A stretch of 64,000 bases of DNA from IMG/VR virus record IMGVR_UViG_2534681834_000006, one strand, 5' to 3'. Both the position numbers and the translations under genes were made by a program. The number at the start of each line of letters is the position of its first letter. Positions within the stretch are counted from its first letter, which is position 1. The notes under the pieces were generated by a model. The model saw only the letters and a list, made by a program, of their open reading frames with translations, was not told the origin of the DNA and made no database searches. The DNA is from a virus (lineage: Duplodnaviria > Heunggongvirae > Uroviricota > Caudoviricetes). Shown here piece by piece: positions 11,764 to 20,599 of the stretch.

Positions 11764-12303
11764 CTACCACCAACTGCTAGCTTTCTTCTCTCTAGCTTTT
11801 CCTTCGCTTTGCAGTAAATCTTTACTTCCTGTAGAAATATTTCTATTTGCATCAGCCTCAGACTGAATTACATCTGTCTTAGCTGCTCTCTCCTTCAACT
11901 CCTGCTCTATAAAATCGTTTTCTCGCTGGACACGAGCCGCTTTTGCTTGCAGTTCGAGTTTCATGCTTTCGAGTTGCAGCTTGCGAAGCTCATCCTCATA
12001 AGCTTGATCTCGCTTCTTGTCATTTGCTAGCTCGGCTTCTCGTTTCGCTCTACGTTCATTTTCTGCAGCAACACGCTGTTTTTCGCGTGCAGCAGCGGCA
12101 GATGCTGCTTTTTCTCTTCTAATACGTTCAGCTTGTGCTTGTTGGCGAATAAGTTCTTTTCTGGCATCCTCAGCTTGCTGCTCTTTAGCTCGCCCTTCAT
12201 TTTCCGCTTGAGCAATAGCAGCAATTTGACTTTGCAACGAGTTAGCCAAGGCAGTGCCTACACTAAACGTAGAAAAGATTAGAAATAAAATAATTTTATT
12301 CAT
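11764..12303 (-). CDS. secreted coiled-coil protein, TolA domain II-like (Ala/Glu/Lys/Arg-rich)
   Basis: N-terminal signal peptide MNKIILFLIFSTFSVGTALA then long charged helical repeat region. Confidence 0.55.
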   Translation of the reverse strand: MNKIILFLIFSTFSVGTALANSLQSQIAAIAQAENEGRAKEQQAEDARKELIRQQAQAERIRREKAASAAAAREKQRVAAENERRAKREAELANDKKRDQAYEDELRKLQLESMKLELQAKAARVQRENDFIEQELKERAAKTDVIQSEADANRNISTGSKDLLQSEGKAREKKASSWW

Positions 12304-12306
12304 AAA

Positions 12307-12828
12307 TTATTTCTTTTCTGGACAAGTAGCATTTGGCTGAATTCGAGTTTCATTATCTTTAGTTGAAATAAGCACAGCAAGCCCCGTTGTAAACTGGCAT
12401 GCTTTACCAACTTGAGTTGAAGTGAACACCTTAGTTCCTTCTTTATAAGTCAGTGAAACACCTTCAACAATTGTTTTATCACTAACCAAAGAACCAGCCG
12501 CTGCACCAAGAGCCGCACCACCAGTACCGCCAGCTACAGCACCCAGTGTCGATGTGCCTTTAACATTATAACCGGCAACGCCCCCAGCAACAGCTCCCAG
12601 TACCGCACCAAATGTCTGTGCCGCTTCTTTATTAGCTTTATTATCAACTTTCACTTTAGCTGGAAGCACAGAGATAATATTGACTGTCTTTGTTTCCTGC
12701 TTCGAATTCAATTGAGCGGTATCATAAACATCGGCAGCATAATCAGCACCGCTAGATTGACACCCAGAAAGAAGAATTGCAGATACAACAAGAGCGCATA
12801 AAGTATACTTTTTAGACATAAGAATCAT
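12307..12828 (-). CDS. outer-membrane lipoprotein with glycine-zipper (SlyB/Pcp-like)
   Basis: Lipobox LLSGC; Gly-zipper GAVLGAVAGGVAGY...GAVAGGTGGAALGAAAGS. Confidence 0.6.
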   Translation of the reverse strand: MILMSKKYTLCALVVSAILLSGCQSSGADYAADVYDTAQLNSKQETKTVNIISVLPAKVKVDNKANKEAAQTFGAVLGAVAGGVAGYNVKGTSTLGAVAGGTGGAALGAAAGSLVSDKTIVEGVSLTYKEGTKVFTSTQVGKACQFTTGLAVLISTKDNETRIQPNATCPEKK

Positions 12829-13109
12829 CCCAGAAAAACAAAAACCGGCGAGAAGTTACCACAAGAACGGAAAGTAAACAAGAATACTCCCATTGACTTA
12901 TATCAATTAATCAACTTTTTATAAGCTATCCCTAACTTATTGTGTATAGCTGAAAAGTCAGAGACAAGTTCACCATCTGCATTATTTCTTAAGTTAATAG
13001 TTTATTGCTAACTTAATTTATGTATCGACTATTGATATCCATCTTAAAGTTACAATATCCATCTGCATTATTTTTCATCACAAATAATATATCTATTGCA
13101 CGACACTAA

Positions 13110-13126
13110 TCTGCTCTAATAAATTT
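13110..13126 (+). promoter_or_regulatory. C1 repressor operator-like 17-mer upstream of the c4/icd/ant promoter
   Basis: tctgctctaataaattt, 15/17 to ATTGCTCTAATAAATTT. Confidence 0.5.
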
Positions 13127-13164
13127 GTATTTTTAAGTCGCGAATGCTATCTTTTTGCATCATA

Positions 13165-13193
13165 TTGACCTTTTAATCGTTCAGGCTTATAGT
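13165..13193 (+). promoter_or_regulatory. sigma70-type promoter for the c4-icd-ant transcript
   Basis: TTGACC - 17 nt - TATAGT. Confidence 0.5.
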
Positions 13194-13299
13194 TTCGCCG
13201 TCGTAGCAAATTCTGCGACCGGGTTTAGCAGCCTGAATACTTACGCGGACAACCGCAGATTTCCGATATTGCGGTATTTTTGTGTCCGTAAACCACGTT

Positions 13300-13400
13300 A
13301 CGCCCGAATTATGGTGGGGCGTGATGGGGAGGCTTCGGCCTGCTGGTTTCGTAAGTGCCAGTCTGCTAACCCCGTCACGTCCTGCCACCTGTTTAGCAGC
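13300..13400 (+). ncRNA. candidate c4-like antisense immunity RNA (approximate bounds)
   Basis: Position between promoter and icd; gtttagcag elements at 13223 and 13391 with a near-complementary ctgctaac at 13365; placement from P1 immI knowledge. Confidence 0.25.
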
Positions 13401-13438
13401 GGGTCGCAGGTTGTTTATCAACTTACGAGGCCGTAACT

Positions 13439-13660
13439 ATGGTTAATGCCAATCCTTGCGCACGCCAAGAATTCATCTGGCGTTTCTATTCCTGCAAAAA
13501 ACACCACTATCACTTCGTCATCGCAGCAACAGAAGACGAAGCACGCTCTCAATTGCCTGATGGCCCCTGCATTTTTACTGCCCGTTTTTCAACTAACTCG
13601 CGCAATTCACTTAGTTACTGGAACCTCCCCTTCTCTGCCGACGTTCAGGGGGTTTTATGA
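13439..13660 (+). CDS. icd: small protein upstream of and overlapping ant (icd-like)
   Basis: 73-aa ORF overlapping the ant start, as in the P1 immI operon. Confidence 0.4.
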   Translation: MVNANPCARQEFIWRFYSCKKHHYHFVIAATEDEARSQLPDGPCIFTARFSTNSRNSLSYWNLPFSADVQGVL

Positions 13661-14700
13661 AAAAACCTCTCGTCACCCGTAATGACATAGCCGAAGCGAT
13701 CGCCCTGCATACTGCCTGTATGCCGACACGGGAGATCCCCGGCGCAATTGCCAACTATTTCATGATAACCAGACGTTTTTATACCCGAACAGATAAGGCT
13801 GTGATCAACAGGCTACTGATAGCCGAGATCAGGGATTATTTGATTGAACAAGGACGTCTACGTTACGCAACGGTGGCAGCAGAAATGAGAAAGGAGGCAC
13901 ATAGAATGACCAGTAATAATTTGAATGTTAAAAAACCAGCATCTGTTGCTTCAGCTACGCCATCACCAGCTGTGAATGTTATCTCCAACACTGGAGACAC
14001 AATCGACAGCCAGACGCTGTTAAAGATGGTCAATGAAGCGCGTAAGTTATGTGGGGAACCAGAGGTTCGGAACAACAAATTCATCAAAAAAATACTCGAC
14101 GAATTAGAAGGTGAGGACGGTTACACAAAAAGTGCAACCGTGCCGCCAGGTGGCGGTACGCCTATGGTTGTCATAACCATGACCTACAAACAAGCCCTGC
14201 GAGTCGCCGCGCGCGAGTCAAAAGCAGTCCGCCGTTCGCTGATCGACAAACTGGAAGAATTGCAGCAGGCAAACTCCCCTGCCCCATCGATCCCCCAAAC
14301 ATTACCAGACGCTCTACGCCTGGCTGCCGAGTTGGCAGAACAGAAAATGCAGTTGGAACAACAGCTGGTGGCCGCAGCCCCTAAAGTCGATTTTGCCGAC
14401 CGGGTATCAGCGGCTAATGGAATCCTGATCGGGAACTTTGCAAAGGTCGTTGGACTTAAGCAAAACGCCCTTTTCTCATGGTTGCGCCAGAACGGCATTC
14501 TCATGGCTTTTGGTGCGCGCAAAAACGTACCGCGCCAACAGTACATCAACGCCGGGTATTTCACGGTGAAAGAAGTGGTGCTGGATGATGAAAATGGCTA
14601 CCAGATACGGCTGACGCCCCAATTAACGGGTAAAGGCCAGCAGTGGTTAACTCGCAAGCTACTTGATGCTGGTTTGTTAAAACCAGTAGCAATAGGTTAA
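13657..14700 (+). CDS. ant: phage antirepressor (KilAC C-terminal domain)
   Basis: C-terminal ...LPDALRLAAELAEQK...APKVDFADRVSAANGILIGNFAKVVGLKQNALFSWLRQNGIL... shared with the next gene. Confidence 0.7.
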   Translation: MKKPLVTRNDIAEAIALHTACMPTREIPGAIANYFMITRRFYTRTDKAVINRLLIAEIRDYLIEQGRLRYATVAAEMRKEAHRMTSNNLNVKKPASVASATPSPAVNVISNTGDTIDSQTLLKMVNEARKLCGEPEVRNNKFIKKILDELEGEDGYTKSATVPPGGGTPMVVITMTYKQALRVAARESKAVRRSLIDKLEELQQANSPAPSIPQTLPDALRLAAELAEQKMQLEQQLVAAAPKVDFADRVSAANGILIGNFAKVVGLKQNALFSWLRQNGILMAFGARKNVPRQQYINAGYFTVKEVVLDDENGYQIRLTPQLTGKGQQWLTRKLLDAGLLKPVAIG

Positions 14701-14777
14701 CAAAAGAAAAAACCTGCCAGCAAACTGGCAGGTTTCTGAGCAGATCGTCCAACCCGATCTGGATCGAGTTAGAAAAA

Positions 14778-14794
14778 TTTGCTCTAATAAATTT
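14778..14794 (+). promoter_or_regulatory. C1 operator-like 17-mer upstream of kilA
   Basis: tttgctctaataaattt, 16/17 to consensus. Confidence 0.55.
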
Positions 14795-14863
14795 CGTTTT
14801 CTAAGTGCAAAGAATCACCATTTCGAGCTGGTGATTGAAGGTTGATGCAAATTTGGAGAAAAA

Positions 14864-15664
14864 ATGCAACAAACATTCAATGCGGATATGAATATATCAA
14901 ACCTTCATCAAAATGTCGATCCTTCAACCACTCTGCCCGTTATTTGTGGTGTTGAAATTACGACCGACCGCGCTGGCCGTTACAACCTTAATGCTCTACA
15001 CAGAGCGAGCGGACTCGGTGCCCATAAAGCGCCAGCTCAATGGCTAAGAACGCTGTCAGCTAAACAGCTCATCGAAGAGCTTGAAAAAGAAACTATGCAG
15101 AATTGCATAGTTTCGTTCGAAGGCCGTGGCGGCGGCACTTTTGCCCATGAATTGCTCGCTGTGGAGTACGCAGGCTGGATTTCTCCCGCGTTTCGGCTGA
15201 AGGTAAACCAGACATTTATCGACTATCGAGCTGGAAGATTACAACCTGCTATTCCGCAGAGTCTCCCTGAAGCTCTCCGTTTGGCTGCCGACCTGGCAGA
15301 GCAAAAGCAACGGCTGGAGCAAAAAATGCTTATGGATGCACCTAAAGTCGAATTCGCCGAACGCGTTGCTACCGCCAGCGGGGTTCTAATCGGCAACTAT
15401 GCCAAAGTGCTCGGCCTGGGCCAAAACTATCTCTTCACCTGGTTGCGTGATAACGGAATTCTGATCGCAACCGGTGAACGCAGGAACGTCCCCAAACAAG
15501 AATACATATCCCGTGGGTATTTCACCCTTAAAGAAACCGTGATCGATACAAGCAATGGAAGCAGGATTTCTTTCACGACTCGTATAACCGGCAAAGGTCA
15601 GCAGTGGCTTATGAAGCGATTGCTTGATGCTGGTGTGCTGGTGCCTGTCGCGGCGACGCGCTAA
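14864..15664 (+). CDS. kilA: KilA-N / KilAC domain protein (P1 KilA-like)
   Basis: 266 aa; C-terminal half paralogous to Ant (LPEALRLAADLAEQK...APKVEFAERVATASGVLIGNYAKVLGL). Confidence 0.65.
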   Translation: MQQTFNADMNISNLHQNVDPSTTLPVICGVEITTDRAGRYNLNALHRASGLGAHKAPAQWLRTLSAKQLIEELEKETMQNCIVSFEGRGGGTFAHELLAVEYAGWISPAFRLKVNQTFIDYRAGRLQPAIPQSLPEALRLAADLAEQKQRLEQKMLMDAPKVEFAERVATASGVLIGNYAKVLGLGQNYLFTWLRDNGILIATGERRNVPKQEYISRGYFTLKETVIDTSNGSRISFTTRITGKGQQWLMKRLLDAGVLVPVAATR

Positions 15665-15693
15665 CAGACGTAGTAAGAACCACCAGCATTGTA

Positions 15694-16539
15694 ATGCTGG
15701 CTAAAGTCACTTTCCTGAGCTGTATAACGATGAGCGATTTTACTTTTTCTGGCTATGAATTGGCCTGCTTTGTAACACACTCCGGTCTATCCCGTAGCGC
15801 CGGGCATATCTTGTCGCAATGTGCAAATCTCGCGGCAACAACCAGTGAATACTTCATTCACAAGCCTCACCGCCTGATCGCGGCAGAAACTGGTTATAGC
15901 CAATCAACCGTCGTTCGTGCATTCCGTGAAGCTGTAAACAAAGGAATCCTGTCTGTAGAGATTGTTATCGGCGATCACCGTGAACGTCGCGCTAACCTGT
16001 ACCGGTTTACACCATCCTTTTTGGCCTTCGCACAACAAGCCAAAAATGCGCTGATTGAAAGCAAATTAAAGATCTCTTCAGCGGCAACCAAGGTTAAAGC
16101 TGTTCTCGCTAAGACATTGGCTTTATTTAATTTTTTATCCACACCCCCATGTCAAAATGATACCCCCTCCCCCTGTCAGGATGACGTGGCAATAAAGAAT
16201 AAGAAGTCACAAGTTAAAAAAACAAAAAGATCAGTTTCCGGCGGTGCCGGAACGACCAGACTCAAAAAATTGACTTCATGGATCGCTGAGGCAAAAGCAA
16301 AGGCTGACAATCTGCGGTTATCCAAAAAACGCGCTCAAAAACATGAGTTCAAGCAGAAAGTAGAGGCGGCAGCGCGGAAATATGCTTACCTGAAGGACAA
16401 GCGTTCTCCTGATATTGGCGGGATATCAAACTTCGATAATCTGCCGCATTGCATGACGGTAAACGAAGCTCTTAATGCGGTTTTAGCCAAAAATAAAGAT
16501 AACGAACAATGGGGTATACCGGCAGGATTCAGAGGGTGA
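15694..16539 (+). CDS. repL: putative lytic replication protein (RepL-like by position and size)
   Basis: 281-aa ORF directly after kilA; assignment from P1 gene order, not motif; alternative ATG at 15730. Confidence 0.4.
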   Translation: MLAKVTFLSCITMSDFTFSGYELACFVTHSGLSRSAGHILSQCANLAATTSEYFIHKPHRLIAAETGYSQSTVVRAFREAVNKGILSVEIVIGDHRERRANLYRFTPSFLAFAQQAKNALIESKLKISSAATKVKAVLAKTLALFNFLSTPPCQNDTPSPCQDDVAIKNKKSQVKKTKRSVSGGAGTTRLKKLTSWIAEAKAKADNLRLSKKRAQKHEFKQKVEAAARKYAYLKDKRSPDIGGISNFDNLPHCMTVNEALNAVLAKNKDNEQWGIPAGFRG

Positions 16540-16589
16540 TAGATTGCTCTAATCTGGAGTCACCTGGCGTTTTCGGTTTGAGGTCGGAG

Positions 16590-16835
16590 ATGCAATCTGA
16601 TTTTTTACAGTTAGCGATCGCTTTTGCAGGATATGTTTGTATTGGCTTCTGTGTATACATGATCAGCCGAAAAATGCTTGTCGATATCGACCGCAAAGAA
16701 CAAGCAGAGGAGATCTTAGTATGGATTTTCTTTGGCGCGGTCTGGCCATTAGGGATCATGTTTGCTGCAACATTTCTTCTGATGTGGATATTCACCCTTC
16801 CAGGTGATTTCTATAGAAAAAAAGCCAGACATTGA
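16590..16835 (+). CDS. small two-helix membrane protein
   Basis: ATG at 16590 after gaggtcggag RBS; hydrophobic stretches IAFAGYVCIGFCVYMI and ILVWIFFGAVWPLGIMFAATFLLMWIF. Confidence 0.4.
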   Translation: MQSDFLQLAIAFAGYVCIGFCVYMISRKMLVDIDRKEQAEEILVWIFFGAVWPLGIMFAATFLLMWIFTLPGDFYRKKARH

Positions 16836-17016
16836 TACAATCGTTGCGGGTGCTTGAGGCTATCTGCTTCAGGCATTACCCGAAAAGCAGATAGAAGAAA
16901 GCCCCAGATAACATTACGCGTCCTGCAAGACGCTTAACATTAATCTGAGGCCATATCTATGCTTAGCATACGTAGATTAGCCTCTTACCGACCAAAAGGT
17001 CAAGGAGAAGCAGGCT

Positions 17017-17172
17017 ATGAAGCAGCATAAAGCGATATTAATCGCTCTGATCGTCATCTGTTTAACCGTCATTGTGACGGCACTGGTAACGAGGAAAGAC
17101 CTCTGCGAGGTACGAATCCGAACCGGCCAGACGGAGGTCACTGTCTTCACAGCCTACGAATCTGAAAGGTAA
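17017..17172 (+). CDS. hok: Hok/Gef-family type I toxin
   Basis: 51 aa MKQHKAILIALIVICLTVIVTALVTRKDLCEVRIRTGQTEVTVFTAYESER after aaggagaag RBS; absent from the ORF track (below its length cut-off). Confidence 0.75.
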   Translation: MKQHKAILIALIVICLTVIVTALVTRKDLCEVRIRTGQTEVTVFTAYESER

Positions 17173-17194
17173 GAGACCTGGCGGGGAGAGATCC

Positions 17195-18532
17195 CATAAG
17201 CGCTAACTTAAGGGTTGTGGTATTACGCCTGATATGATTTAACGTGCCGATGAATTACTCTCACGATAACTGGTCAGCAATTCTGGCCCATATTGGTAAG
17301 CCCGAAGAACTGGATACTTCGGCACGTAATGCCGGGGCTCTAACCCGCCGCCGCGAAATTCGTGATGCTGCAACTCTGCTACGTCTGGGGCTGGCTTACG
17401 GCCCCGGGGGGATGTCATTACGTGAAGTCACTGCATGGGCTCAGCTCCATGACGTTGCAACATTATCTGACGTGGCTCTCCTGAAGCGGCTGCGGAATGC
17501 CGCCGACTGGTTTGGCATACTTGCCGCACAAACACTTGCTGTACGCGCCGCAGTTACGGGTTGTACAAGCGGAAAGAGATTGCGTCTTGTCGATGGAACA
17601 GCAATCAGTGCGCCCGGGGGCGGCAGCGCTGAATGGCGACTACATATGGGATATGATCCTCATACCTGTCAGTTCACTGATTTTGAGCTAACCGACAGCA
17701 GAGACGCTGAACGGCTGGACCGATTTGCGCAAACGGCAGACGAGATACGCATTGCTGACCGGGGATTCGGTTCGCGTCCCGAATGTATCCGCTCACTTGC
17801 TTTTGGAGAAGCTGATTATATCGTCCGGGTTCACTGGCGAGGATTGCGCTGGTTAACTGCAGAAGGAATGCGCTTTGACATGATGGGTTTTCTGCGCGGG
17901 CTGGATTGCGGTAAGAACGGTGAAACCACTGTAATGATAGGCAATTCAGGTAATAAAAAAGCCGGAGCTCCCTTTCCGGCACGTCTCATTGCCGTATCAC
18001 TTCCTCCCGAAAAAGCATTAATCAGTAAAACCCGACTGCTCAGCGAGAATCGTCGAAAAGGACGAGTAGTTCAGGCGGAAACGCTGGAAGCAGCGGGCCA
18101 TGTGCTATTGCTAACATCATTACCGGAAGATGAATATTCAGCAGAGCAAGTGGCTGATTGTTACCGTCTGCGATGGCAAATTGAACTGGCTTTTAAGCGG
18201 CTCAAAAGTTTGCTGCACCTGGATGCTTTGCGTGCAAAGGAACCTGAACTCGCGAAAGCGTGGATATTTGCTAATCTACTCGCCGCATTTTTAATTGACG
18301 ACATAATCCAGCCATCGCTGGATTTCCCCCCAGAAGTGCCGGATCCGAAAAGAAGAACTAACTCGTTGTGGAGAATAACAAAAATGGTCATCTGGAGCTT
18401 ACAGGTGGCCATTCGTGGGACAGTATCCCTGACAGCCTACAAAACGCAATTGAAGAACGCGAGGCATCGTCTTAACGAGGCACCGAGGCGTCGCATTCTT
18501 CAGATGGTTCAACCCTTAAGTTAGCGCTTATG
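17195..18532 (+). mobile_element. IS186 (IS4 family), complete copy with target-site duplication
   Basis: Terminal inverted repeats cataagcgctaacttaagggttg / caacccttaagttagcgcttatg; flanking direct repeat ggagagatcc; target GGGG-N6-CCCC. Confidence 0.85.
17250..18524 (+). CDS. insL: IS186 transposase
   Basis: MNYSHDNWSAILAHIGKPEELDTSARNAG... matches IS186 InsL as I recall it; alternative GTG at 17244. Confidence 0.85.
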   Translation: MNYSHDNWSAILAHIGKPEELDTSARNAGALTRRREIRDAATLLRLGLAYGPGGMSLREVTAWAQLHDVATLSDVALLKRLRNAADWFGILAAQTLAVRAAVTGCTSGKRLRLVDGTAISAPGGGSAEWRLHMGYDPHTCQFTDFELTDSRDAERLDRFAQTADEIRIADRGFGSRPECIRSLAFGEADYIVRVHWRGLRWLTAEGMRFDMMGFLRGLDCGKNGETTVMIGNSGNKKAGAPFPARLIAVSLPPEKALISKTRLLSENRRKGRVVQAETLEAAGHVLLLTSLPEDEYSAEQVADCYRLRWQIELAFKRLKSLLHLDALRAKEPELAKAWIFANLLAAFLIDDIIQPSLDFPPEVPDPKRRTNSLWRITKMVIWSLQVAIRGTVSLTAYKTQLKNARHRLNEAPRRRILQMVQPLS

Positions 18533-18636
18533 GGAGAGATCCCCGCCACTCTTCGTGTGTCAGGTATCCTCAATGCACCCTTTCCTCTCCAAATAAAAAA
18601 GCTCCCGAAGGAGCTTTAAAATACAAGGGATGACTC

Positions 18637-19146
18637 TTAATCCCAATCAATCCAGTTGTAGACGATACGAAGTGACGGGCGCACAGCAGCAGTCACATCT
18701 TCGGTACTAAAGTCGATTGCATCACTGTAGATTTTGCAGTCCAACATTTCAATTGTTGTAGCAGCTTTTGTCACAGCGTTAACCCCGGAAGATTTGGATT
18801 CAGGGGTAGCAGCCATCGTGATATCAACATAGTCCTTCGCCGCAATGCGATCTTTAATGAACTGAAGAATATCGCCTTCGATAGTCTCCACGCACTGGAC
18901 CTGGATTTCCCCGGAGTTACGGATTGGACCGTGCTGGTTGAACTTCACACCATTCGGACCATAGTCCTCCACATCCTCGCGGGTCATTTCAGGAATTTGC
19001 GACGTGCGAACCAGTACGCTGATATCTTCATGGCCTGCAAAAGTGAGCTGGAATTCAGAAGATACCAGTCGTTCGCCTTTGGCCGCGTTGGCAGTATAGC
19101 GGCCCTTAATAAATTTACGGTTTCCCTTAGTGTTATTGTGCCCCAT
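18637..19146 (-). CDS. phage tail/baseplate structural protein (function unknown)
   Basis: 169-aa ORF, last gene of the sheath-containing operon. Confidence 0.45.
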   Translation of the reverse strand: MGHNNTKGNRKFIKGRYTANAAKGERLVSSEFQLTFAGHEDISVLVRTSQIPEMTREDVEDYGPNGVKFNQHGPIRNSGEIQVQCVETIEGDILQFIKDRIAAKDYVDITMAATPESKSSGVNAVTKAATTIEMLDCKIYSDAIDFSTEDVTAAVRPSLRIVYNWIDWD

Positions 19147-19157
19147 ATAAAATCCTT

Positions 19158-19739
19158 TTACTGGAACGCCCGAACAATATCGGAGCTATTATATATCGAA
19201 GAACCGGTCAACTGGAGGTTGACGGTGTTTTTCAGGAAATGCCCATTGCTGTCCCTGGGCGCATCGAGATCGAAACTTATGTCCTGGATAGCGACATCAA
19301 TGATGTTGATCCGGCGACCAATGTTTAGCGTCACACGCTCCGGGATTCGACCACCAATGCTGGCATCTTTAAGTTCCGGGCTAATCATCGCTGACAATGC
19401 GGCGATAGCTCCTGAAACCTCCGTGAATGGGTCAAACAAAGCGATGAAAGTTACTGGCAGCGTGAAAGTCGGCGGTGTTCCCCCCTCCCAAACCATTAAG
19501 CTGTTCCAACGGGCCACCGACGTTGTTTCAGTACCAACCTGCGCAAAACCACTGAAAGCACCAGCAACAGACCCCATGGACATACCGGTAAACGGCGCTT
19601 CCCAATTCTGGGCCATGTTCATTGCTGCCCCCTGGCTGATATATCCGGTAACCTGGTACTGAGAGTTCGTTAAAGTAACTTTCAGAAATGGCGATACACC
19701 GTCAGCCTGGCTGTAAACCCCATAAGGTATAGGTGCCAT
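19158..19739 (-). CDS. phage structural protein (function unknown)
   Basis: 193-aa ORF. Confidence 0.45.
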   Translation of the reverse strand: MAPIPYGVYSQADGVSPFLKVTLTNSQYQVTGYISQGAAMNMAQNWEAPFTGMSMGSVAGAFSGFAQVGTETTSVARWNSLMVWEGGTPPTFTLPVTFIALFDPFTEVSGAIAALSAMISPELKDASIGGRIPERVTLNIGRRINIIDVAIQDISFDLDAPRDSNGHFLKNTVNLQLTGSSIYNSSDIVRAFQ

Positions 19740-19774
19740 TCAAGTTAAAGGCCGGAGTTCTCCGGCCTCCTCCT

Positions 19775-20590
19775 TTAGCCAAGGCGCTTACGGCGCAGTT
19801 TCATTGACTTTTTGCGGGCAAGTTTTGCCGCGCCGGTCTGGGCTTTTCGACGCGCTTTTTTCAGCGCCGATTTTTGAGCCGCAGTCAGACGTTTTTTACG
19901 CAGGCGTTTACGGATGAGTTTGATCTCACCGTTACGAACAACCTTCTTAAATGCTTCAGTCAGCATTTCATCAGAAGTGCCAGCAACAACAAACGCCGCT
20001 TCCAGTTCGTCGCGGTCGTCGCTATCTAAACCAGCGATAGAGGCACCAACATCAGCAGCAGCGTCGTCGTCTTCATCGTCAGCCAGTGCTTCGATCAGGT
20101 CATCATCTACACCGCATGCTGCGAGGAAGTCAGCAACATTTGCCCATGCTTCGTTATAGGCATCGTCCTGTTCTTCTGTAACTTCGGAGTCGTCGTCATC
20201 AGAGATACCAGCGATAGCCTGAACGAAACCATCAAGGGAGTCGAAAGTCAGATCACCGCTATCAGCCCAGGAGAAAACGGCGTCGGCCGCATCACTCAAC
20301 GCATTCTGCATAGCACTTCGATTTGCAGCTTCCAGAATCATCTGGTGCGCCTGTTCGACGGTCCATTCTTTACCATCTTTCCCTTCCAGGATTTGCTCAG
20401 GAGCCGGATCAGATGGAACATTATCGTTAGTCTGTGCCGCCGGTTCCGGATTATTATTAATAACCGGATCTGTTGGCGGTTCGGCGCTTGCTCGGGCAGA
20501 CTCCATCAGCTGCACAGGATCAGAGTTCAAAGCGAAACGGGACAGTCCATTCCCCAAAAATGCCCCGGATTGAAAAAAGTTTTTGCTCAT
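19775..20590 (-). CDS. strongly acidic protein with basic C-terminal tail (scaffold-like or DNA-mimic-like)
   Basis: Asp/Glu runs (DDDDSEVTEEQDD..., ADDEDDDAAAD) then Lys/Arg-rich C terminus. Confidence 0.45.
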   Translation of the reverse strand: MSKNFFQSGAFLGNGLSRFALNSDPVQLMESARASAEPPTDPVINNNPEPAAQTNDNVPSDPAPEQILEGKDGKEWTVEQAHQMILEAANRSAMQNALSDAADAVFSWADSGDLTFDSLDGFVQAIAGISDDDDSEVTEEQDDAYNEAWANVADFLAACGVDDDLIEALADDEDDDAAADVGASIAGLDSDDRDELEAAFVVAGTSDEMLTEAFKKVVRNGEIKLIRKRLRKKRLTAAQKSALKKARRKAQTGAAKLARKKSMKLRRKRLG

Positions 20591-20599
20591 TGTATTCCC

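Noticed and set aside
13155-13436. Track ORFs 13155-13436 (+) and 13173-13421 (-) in the region upstream of icd
   Set aside because: They overlap the promoter and the antisense-RNA-type leader, have no RBS, and the region is better explained as regulatory RNA
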